64,000 nt of DNA from Octopus vulgaris. Lineage: Eukaryota. Both the position numbers and the translations under genes were made by a program. Shown one piece after another: positions 54,833 to 64,000 of this stretch. Each line of letters opens with the position of its first letter. The stretch's first letter is position 1. The notes under the pieces are model-generated. The model made no database searches. It was not told where the DNA came from and saw only the letters and a list, made by a program, of their open reading frames with translations. Location of the stretch: positions 25,606,001-25,670,000 of the forward strand of contig OX597829.1 in NCBI GenBank assembly GCA_951406725.2, in the 5' to 3' direction.

Positions 54833-56168
54833 GTAGCAAACGCACCCGTCCTTTGGGCGGTTTAAGTTGCTTTGGTGGTATTTTTTTTCACCAAATAATT
54901 GAACTATTGAGAAGGTTTATGAGTAGCATGGCAATCTATGTTTCCGATTAAGCTAGCAGCAGAAAACCAAATTGAAGGCTGGTTATTGTGGAGGTCGTTG
55001 CACTTTAATGATCATAGAACATATAAGTTTGCAAGCGATGCAAAGTAGAGCTATTGAAGTGTTTTGGGAGTAGATTACGGATAAGGACTACAAAGTATGG
55101 TTGTTTTACATGAAAGCGAAATTTCATGTCAGAAGCAGCCATAAAAATGGCGTAAGGAAATTGAAGGAAGATGTTGAAACTTCCCATCTGCGAGTTTATT
55201 TTATTCAACAGCAAAGGGAGCTATTTTGTCGGAGAGAAGTATGATTGGTACATTCAAAAATAGCAACTTAATACCTACTTGAAAAAGTAGAGTTAAAGGA
55301 ATGTATTTCCTACGTGCTTACAGCGCATGACCACTCTGAAATTGAGTTCAGGTAACGAAAAATCAAGACATGAAGAGTTTGACTTCATTTCACGAATACT
55401 GCTTTGAAACTTTAGCAGTTCGCAGTGAAAAGATGTCGCGTTCGAAATATAGTGGATGGGTAAATAAGCATCCTTAAAGTGAAACAACGCATTGGTAGGT
55501 AAACAAAGGTATCAACAAATAGAAGAGAGGGGAGGGAACATCACCTTTTAAGTAACTCAGAATAAGTTAAGCTTGCCAAAGTTTAATACAGTTTAAATAT
55601 GGAGATTAAGATTATTTGGTATTGGATATTCATCGCGTACAGTGTTCCTAGTCAGTTTAATCACCGTGGCAGGTGGACAGTTGAAATAAATAGACAAAAT
55701 CTTTTCACTTTTATGATGTTCTCTAACCAAGTAATAATACACAATTACAACGTATAAATAACAGGTGGACAGTCGAAATATCTAGACAAAATCCTTCCAC
55801 TTTTATATTCTCTAACTAAATAATAATGCACAATTACAACATATAAATAAATAATAAATAAAAAAATGTGAAAACCACTAAAAAATATTTTCTAATGCCA
55901 ATAGACGACCATATAGATTTAAGAAGTATGGAAGACCCAACATACAAAAAAACTATGTACATACAAAGAATTAAAGAAAAACCCGTGTAAACCACCATTT
56001 CCCCCGGTTTGTCTATTTACGCGGGAGCTCAGGGTAAAGTGTTATAGTGCATGACTATTCTTGGGACATAAGTAATGTGTGTAGAGTTTGGTAAAAATCG
56101 GTTGAGAATTGTGGAAATGTATGCGTTAGTCAATATACACGCACATACTGTAATTTATATAAACTAGA
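54833..56168 (-). mobile_element. Deleted Helitron with PIF1-like helicase trace
   Basis: Minus strand starts A|TCTAGTTTATATAAA. 3' hairpin CCGCCC-AAA-GGACGG is followed by CTAC|T (CTAG with one change). ORF 55005-55214 has LLNKIN...VVLIRNLLP, resembling Helitron FLNSL...IMLLRNLxP. Internal tandem duplication of about 90 bp at about 55670-55850. Confidence 0.6.
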
Positions 56169-56496
56169 TTAGTTGTTAATGAAAGCTTATCGTCCCCTCG
56201 CCCTTTGTTGAATGTTCCTTCTCTCTACTCTGAAAGGATTTTCATTTTAGTTTAGATTGGAGGAAGGAGCTGCAACTATGCTCTTTGAAGTTCCTTCTAG
56301 ACCTGTGAATTAGATACAGTTAACTGTCGTAAGCGGAAAACTTGCAAAAATGAGGAGAATTCCAAAGGGAATTCCAGAGAAGACTGGGCATAGTGCTGCG
56401 TTTGGGTGTGGTTTGCAGTAGACAATTTATGGGTCACGAGTGAAAAGATGAGCAGGTTGGGGACAGTGGAATGGAATTGTGTATATCAGACACGCA

Positions 56497-56593
<97 letters not shown>

Positions 56594-57459
56594 GGCGCAG
56601 GAAGGTAAAGCTGTATAGTTAAGAAGTTTGTTTCTCAACCACGTGTGGTTTCCAGTATCGTTTCACTTCTTGGCACCTTTGGAAATTAAATAGAAACTGT
56701 GCGGAGCCCATTGTGTAATTTGCTGCTATAATTCGAGTCATCTGACGGGATAACGTCTCCCGTTACAACCTCTCGGGAAATGACGGTGAAGGATTGCATA
56801 AGGTTAACCTTCATGCAAACTGTTTGGCATTTTCATTGAAGCCTGTGTAAAAAATGTTCTCTTCTGTTTCTTTCTTTCATTTTTTTTGTATGTTATTATA
56901 GTCAACGAAATTTGTAACATGAAATATCGATATTACACAAATCCCCTTTCCAAGCTTCTGTTTTGAAGGATAATGGAACATATGGTGTTCTAACTCAATA
57001 GTTTTTATGTCGTGTACTTTATCAGGCACTTTATAAACATTATATACAAATACACCTACCACATACGGAAAGAGAAAGAGAGGGAGAGGAAGGGAGGCAG
57101 AGAGGGGAGGAGAGAGGGGAGGAGAGAGAGAGAGAGAGAGAGATTCACACTCATGCACGCGCGCACACACACACATTACAAACACACACACGCTCTCACA
57201 TTCGCACACATATACGCATATTTACACGCACACCAGACACATACAAACACTCAAGCACACACAAAAAACACACACGTACACATACACACACATGCACACA
57301 AGCACATACACACACAACGTGTATCTATAAAAAATATCTATAAAATATATAAACAACTTCGCTCAAATGAAATACAAGTATTTGCACCATTAATTGTGTA
57401 ATTTTCAAAACCACCGAACAGTATCAAATGTATGTAACACAGATGGTTTACTCGCATAC

Positions 57460-57797
57460 TCTCTTTTAGTCTTCTACTTTTTACAGTCATTTGACTGCGG
57501 CCACGTTGGAGCACCACCTATAGTCGAGCAAATCGACCCCAGGACTTATTCTTTGTAAGCCTAGTACTTATTCTATCGGATCTCTTTTGCCGAGCCACTA
57601 AGTTATGGGGGCATAAACACACCAGCATCGGTTGTCAAGCGATGTTGGGGAGACCAAACACAGACTCACAAACATATATATATATACATATATTTATAAA
57701 CTTATATACGACGGGCTTCTTTCAGTTTCCGTCTACCAAATCCACTCGCGAGGCCCGAGGCTATAGTAGAAGACACTTGCCCAAGCTGCCCCAAGGT
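57460..57797 (-). mobile_element. SINE family B, 5'-truncated
   Basis: Matches 59165-59500. Confidence 0.85.
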
Positions 57798-58455
57798 ACC
57801 AAATATTTTGAAGCTATTTTTGCCAATTTAAGGAATTTAACGCTATTAAAGATCAAATTGCTGAGTATTTTGTTTCATATTTAATTATGTAATAAAAGTC
57901 TTCAATAGACTGAACTTCATTGTGGATAATTTGTTAACCAGCTGTGTATCATACACCGTTGAGAAGGTAAGCTGCTCTGGTTTTTGTCAGAGAAGAAATC
58001 TATTCATAATATGTCAATGAACCATAATTTTCTCTGATGCATTCTCTACGGTGTATATATATATATATATATATATATATCTTTAGTATACTACATAGAT
58101 AACTATTTTTATTTTTATTTTAATTTCAATTGCATTCACGGAGAGCTAAAAAGTTAGTTTTGGACCAATGAGCAACGTTATTGTTCTTGTTGTTACGGAC
58201 TACATTATCCTCTCACTTAAAGGATACTTAAACTGCATGACCGTTGTCGGTGGTGGGATAGAGTCACTATCAGGACAATATGAGAATATTAATAAGTTTG
58301 GGTAATTCAAGAATATCAAAAGGAACTGGAAAATCATTGTGGGTTTGTTATTTTTTTCTTTGACAATATCAAGTGAGAAGTGATAAGTGAAACGATTGTT
58401 ATGAAGACAACAATAACAAAAAGATACCTGTAACTGACCATAACAGAGTAGATTA

Positions 58456-58501
<46 letters not shown>

Positions 58502-58574
58502 GGTGGGATGGGGGAATAAACCGTTCTGGTCTTGTTTTATTCTATAATTCATACACATGTAACAAAAACACTAG

Positions 58575-58790
58575 TTTCAAATTTTGGCACAAAGCTAGCA
58601 ATTTTGGTGGAATTGGAAAAGGGTAAGTCGATTACATCGACCCAGTGCTCAACTGGTACTTATTTTATCGACCTCGAAATGATGAAAGACAAAGTCGACC
58701 TCGGTGGAATTTGAACTCTGAACATAAAAACGGACGAAATGCCGCAAAGCATTTCGCCCGGCGTGCTAAGGATTTTGCCAGCTCATCGCT
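58575..58790 (-). mobile_element. SINE family A
   Basis: Same head and core as 2872-3104. Confidence 0.8.
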
Positions 58791-59164
58791 CTCTCTGATA
58801 ATATGTTAGTATATTACAGTAACGTACCTATTCATTCTTAATATGTTCTGGTAGATTCGAACGTGTGTATCTTATTGCTGCTCGTACTCTTGTTAGTTTC
58901 ATCAGTCTGGCGAGGTAGCTTTGACACTGTCAAGACAAACAATGAGGTCAAAACACCGCATATCTCAACATCCCTACGCACCGGCGAATCACGTATGTTA
59001 TGACCACACATCATCAAACGGGTGAAGATGTTTTCCAATGATCAGATATTCCATTCACCTTTTAATCTTCCTGAACATATTTAGAGAAGGCTGATACGTT
59101 ATTGTTTCGATTCTTGTTGTTCGGCGAGCACCTCTTGAATTATCATTGATGTATTACTCTTTTT

Positions 59165-59572
59165 TTCTTTTTTACTCTTTTACTTGTTTCAGTCATTTGA
59201 CTGCGGCCATGCTGGGGCACCGCCTTTTAGTCGAGCAAATCTACCCCGGGACTTATTCTTTGTAAGCCCAGTACTTATTCTATCGGTCTCTTTTGCCGAA
59301 CCGCTAAGTGACGGGGACGTAAACACACCAGCATCGGTTGTCAAGCAATGCTAGGGGGACAAACACAGACACACAAACACACACACACATATATATATAT
59401 ATACATATATACGACAGGCTTCTTTCAGTTTCCGTCTACCAAATCCACTCACAAGGCATTGGTCGGCCCGGGGCTATAGCAGAAGACACTTGCCCAAGAT
59501 GCCACGCAGTGGGACTGAACCCGGAACCATGTGGTTGGTTAGCAAGCTACTTACCACACAGCCACTCCTGCG
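59165..59572 (-). mobile_element. tRNA/CORE SINE, family B (full length, young)
   Basis: Minus strand GCAGGAGTGGCTGTGTGGTAAG...GGGTTCAGTCCC...CTTGGGCAAGTGTC, internal (TA/TG)n, tail ending (AAAAGAGT)n. Confidence 0.9.
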
Positions 59573-61101
59573 TATTGATTATATTATTGTAATAAATCGT
59601 TCGTTAAATGAATTTGGTCAGTTGCATAGTAATTTCGAATATTCGAGACTGTGCAAGTTAGCGAAATCGCCTACACACACGCTTTATAGACTGCATGCTG
59701 GGAGAGATAGAAATGGCATGTGAAAACTATTGAAATGGTAAATTGAAACTCAGAGTGAAATATTTGAAAGAATCACGAAGAGGTTAATAATTAAAATAGT
59801 TTTTACAATTTTAACCCAATTTCTAATCTGTTTATACTGAGCACAGTATAGTAAACCATTAATTAGTGCTAACAACTCCACTTGGAAATCCTTGGATCTT
59901 TGCCAAATTACAGTGAGTCACAGACGTAACAATAAATTAATCGATAGATTCGATACACCTAAATCTGAAATCGTTTTCAGAATTGTGATTTTTATTTATT
60001 CATTTTTTTTTTTTTTGAAAAACACCCTCGCATTCTTTCACTTCTTTCTTATAGTAATAATGAGTGAGTCACTTGTAATATGCTTTGACTTTCATGCTCC
60101 AATATTAACTTCAAAAGCTTCGCTATAGGCAATAGGCGTCATGGTGCTATAGGCAATAGGCGTCATGGCTACTCTAATGAATATCTTATATCTTGGGTCA
60201 ATAGAAGAAAGCGGGAATCTAAATATAGGTTAAATACTTGCTATGATGATACAATTTATTGTATTCGATAGCCACGTATCAACTGCTCTCACAGACATTA
60301 AAACGTCGTTGAAGCAAAACAAACTGATCAAAGAGTCCCTTTCTATTTGATTGAAAGGTTCCACGATAATAATCAATAAACGTACACTAATTCTGATAAC
60401 CTTCAAACCTTGGTCAGTATTTTCTTTCTTTTTTTCCCCCTTATCAAAGAAAATCGGTAAAAATCAAAAAACGGTGTTAAGGAGATTGCAGAGAAGGGGA
60501 AGAGAAAGAGAGAGTGATAGAAAAAGAGGGAGAGAGAAAGAAAGAGAAGGAGAGAAGAAGGAGAGGTGGGGAAATGAGAAACAGAGGGAGAGAGAAGAGA
60601 GAATTCTGCTTTAAAATCAATAATACTTTGACGTGAACAGTTCTTGTTATAAGAGTACAATTTATATTAGTGCACTAGAATCATCAAAGAGTGGGCCATT
60701 AGATTCACTTGCGCCACACTCTGGGTAACAACGTCACTAATTTTTCTTCCGGGCTTGCTGTAACAGGGGTGGTCTAATTGAGTAAATATAGAGTCACCTT
60801 ACCGAACACTTAGATTTGGTTATATTTTATTCCCAGCAGCATCATCTGTCATCAGTCCCATTAATGGGTACTTCTGGAAGGTGGAGGTGGAGATGGATTT
60901 AATAACAGCTTTTTCAATCCACGCCTATATGTGCGCGCGCGTGTGTAGCTAATTCAAATACAGTCAGAAAAAGAATATGTGAACGTAATCTACGTACGTT
61001 TCCCCCCACTTCTGGCTACCTTCACTCATCTTTTCTCTCTTCCCAGTTTCTCCTGAACTTTTCTCTGGTATCTGACAAAGGACTATATCTCAAACGTTAT
61101 A

Positions 61102-63436
61102 CAGTAGAGCCTCGAGTACGAGTGCACTATTGTACAAGTACCGAGGCTCGTGCGAATTTTTGTCTTGAAGTACGAGTAGAAATCCGCACTACGAGCGAGT
61201 TTCACACAAGCGACAGTTAGTCGGTGCTGAGCTCGCACATGCACCCACCGCTCACTCAGTTCACGTGTTTATCTCATTATAGTAGCATCCCTGTTGTGTT
61301 TTTCCCAGTGTGTTTTTTTTTTTTTAGTCTTGTGCGATTTTTGCTATCATTTTATAATAGTTGTGTAAACGATGGGTCCGAAGAAGGCTAGTGCAAAGGG
61401 CTGCTGCTGAGAAGAAGAAAAAGCTGATTACGATAGAATTGAGGAAGGAAATCATTGTTAAATATGAGAGAGGAGCGCGTGTTGTGGAAATAACACGTCA
61501 ATACGACCGAAGCATGTCGACAATCTGCACCATCCTGAAGTAAAAGGACAAAATCAAGGCCGTTACAACAGCAAAGGATGTCTCCAGGCTCTCCAAGCAA
61601 CAAACATTTGTCCACGAAGAGATGGAAAAATTGTTTCCCCTGTGGGTCAACGAGAAGCAACTAACAGGGGGTTCGAATACGGAGACCATCATCTGCGAGA
61701 AAGCACGGGCGCTGTATGGGGATCTCCTGAACCCTGGAACATCGACGGAAGAGACATCAGCAGATGCATTTAAGGCCAGTCGCAGCTGATTCTATAATTT
61801 CAAGAAGAGGACTGGTATTCATAGCGTCGTCAGATATGGAGAGGATGCGAGTTGTGACACAAAGGCAGCTGAGGATTTCGTGCGTGAATTCCGTCAGCTC
61901 ATCGCAACTGAGGGGTACATCGCACAACAGGTATTCAACTATGATGAAACTGGCCCTTTTTGGAAAAAAATACCGAAAAGAACTACATAACTGCAGAGGA
62001 GAAAAAAATGCCAGACCTCAAGCCTATGAAAGATAGGCCAACTCTTACCATTTGTGTCAATGCCAATGGAGACTTGAAGATTAAGCCGCTCCTTGTCTAC
62101 CATTCCGAAAACCCACGAGCGTTCAAGTCGCACAAAATCCTGAAGGAGAAGCTGCAGGTCATGTGGAGGGCAAACGTTAAAGCCTGGGTCACCAAGCAAT
62201 ACTTCACTGAGCGGGTTATCTTTATCTTCGGACCAGCAGTGAAAAAGCACCTTCTGGAGAACGATCTTCCTCTCAGCGGTCCTCCTCATCCTCGACAATG
62301 CTCCTGCTCACCCTTCTAACTTCGAAGATGATATCCTAGATGAATTTAATTTCATAAAAATTCTGTAACTTCTACGCAACACTGCCCTTATCTTGCAGCC
62401 CATGGACCAATAGGTTATTTCTAATTTTAAGAAATTGTACACCAAGCACCTCTTTCATCGGTGCTTTGAATTCACCAAAAATACAAATCTAACCCTTCGT
62501 GAGTTTTGGAAGGAGCACTACAACATTATTAACTGCCTGAAAATCATCGATATGGTCTGGTAGGGAGTAACAAGGAGAACGCTGAATTCTGCATGGAGGA
62601 AACTGTGGTGTGACTGTGTATCCAAAAGTGACTTCGAGGGGTTTGAGTCTGAGACACCTGTAGTCGAGAAAATAGTGTCTCTTGGCCTCGAGGTTGACGA
62701 TGGAGACATTAACGATCTCATCGAGGAACACTCAGAGAAGCTGACGGCAGATGAACACGTGCGGGTTCAGGAGCATCAGCATTCGGATGCAGTGGTATAA
62801 ATTGGTTCCCCGGAGAAAGATAGTGTAGCGGAGAAGTGACATAAAGGCAGTATTGGCAAAATGGTAGTATGTTTTTGAATTTGTAAAAGTATCTACAGGT
62901 CGTGCAGCTGCTTTATTAAATGACACTGCTCTGGTGCATTTTCGTAACATTTTGAAAAGTAGGGAAAAGAAGACTTCTGTTGATATGTTTCTAATGAAAC
63001 GACTTGCAAGTGTGAAAAGTGAAGAACGTGTGTCTAAAAAGCCTAAATTAAGTAAAGTGAGGAGAAAATGCCAGGAATTGTTCTTCCTGAAGTCTTAATG
63101 GAAGGAGATTCTCTCTCCAGACAATAATCCTCCTCCTCGTTTCATCGTCTTCCTCACGCACAAATCGTCCCATCTTCAAGGTAATTAAATTAATAAAATC
63201 AGTTTACATATTTCTTTTGCGTTCTCTTTTATTATGTATTTATAATTGTTATTTTCCTTGTAACTGCACCTTTTCTGTTTTAAACCCATAAAAAGATGAC
63301 TTTGGGCTGATTTGGGGGGCTGGAGCGGATTATATTTTAATTAATTTCAATAGGGAAAATTGATGTGTAAAAGGAGTAAATCGTAAAACGAGCTCGGTCA
63401 TTGAACGAATTAAACTCGTACTGAGAGGTATCACTG
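61102..63436 (+). mobile_element. Full-length Tigger/pogo DNA transposon
   Basis: TA|CAGTAGAGCCTCGAGTACGAGT ... ACTCGTACTGAGAGGTATCACTG|TA; about 2.3 kb. Confidence 0.92.
61372..63060 (+). pseudogene. Tigger transposase (CENP-B-type HTH and DDD catalytic domain), disrupted
   Basis: MGPKK...ITIELRKEII...STICTILK*, HEEMEKL..WVNEKQ, FNYDETGPFWKK, KPMKDR.TL..C.NA.GD.K.KPLLVYHSENPRAFK, LDNAPAHP, LQPMDQ*; several stops and frameshifts. Confidence 0.9.
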
Positions 63437-63625
63437 TAATATTAACTGTGAGCTTTCCTTGGGTTTTGTTATTGTCTTTCTTTTATTTGTTTTATTTTTG
63501 CACGCTCTCGCGGTCCTTCCACGTTTATCTGACCAATATTTTGGGGTACCTTAACTCTTTAATTATCCTACGCTCTTGGGTTACCATCTCGGATCACGTC
63601 GATTCTTCACCCTTGCTTATATATA

Positions 63626-63841
63626 AAAGGGTGTACTGAAAAGTTTCTGACTTTGGGTAAAAGAAAATACAGGAGGATCAGTTAATTATGATTTTATTCA
63701 ACATATTCTCCTCTCAGATTCACACACTTATTACAGCGGACCTTCAGTTTTTCTAAGCCCTGTAAAAGAACTCGGAAAGTTGGGCCTCCAGCCAGGCCTT
63801 TCGTGACACCCTTAAAGCTAGGAACTTTTCAGCACCCTTCG
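63626..63841. mobile_element. mariner-derived MITE
   Basis: TA|AAAGGGTGTACTGAAAAGTTTC ... GGAACTTTTCAGCACCCTTCG|TA. Confidence 0.75.
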
Positions 63842-64000
63842 TATACATACATACATACATGAACACATACATACATACATACATACATACATACATACAT
63901 ACATACATACATGCATACATACATACATACATACATACATACATACATACATACATACATACATACAAAGTGGGGAAGGTCGGTTTATGGGATAACCCTG

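Noticed and set aside
58855-58910. Minus-strand CTGATGA-AAC...GTT-CGAA
   Set aside because: Lacks GAAA, stem III and a cleavage triplet in the correct register.
59500-59572. tRNA-like sequence with A and B boxes (also at about 3030-3104 and other copies)
   Set aside because: SINE heads continuing into SINE bodies; no complete cloverleaf seen.
61372-63060. Domesticated TIGD/CENP-B-like host gene
   Set aside because: Multiple stops and frameshifts with TIRs and TSD still present; a decayed transposon.

Overview
AT-rich eukaryotic (animal) genomic DNA packed with (TA)n, (CA)n, (TATG)n and (GA)n microsatellites and interspersed repeats. The SINE and LINE set resembles an octopus (coleoid cephalopod) genome; this is an inference from repeat content. 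I found no intact host protein-coding sequence, and almost all ORFs in the supplied track are microsatellite read-throughs. Recognisable coding relics all come from transposons: mellifera-type mariner (34.4-35.3 kb), HERO-like and R4/Dong-like non-LTR fragments, RTE fragments, Tc1 fragments, a Penelope GIY-YIG endonuclease (50.4-50.8 kb), a Helitron helicase trace and a full-length but broken Tigger/pogo (61.1-63.4 kb). A promoter-like island at about 31 kb has a minus-strand splice donor at 30605. Together with strong CpG depletion left of about 22.7 kb, this suggests the left half is the methylated first intron of a minus-strand gene whose coding exons lie outside the window. The most notable hidden signal is a set of seven self-cleaving-ribozyme-like motifs of the minimal type I hammerhead class, two with intact cores (5987-6059 and 45482-45563). 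They sit in short Penelope-derived elements that mostly abut microsatellites. There is also a candidate HDV-like ribozyme at an RTE 5' end. All calls were made by eye without alignment or folding tools.
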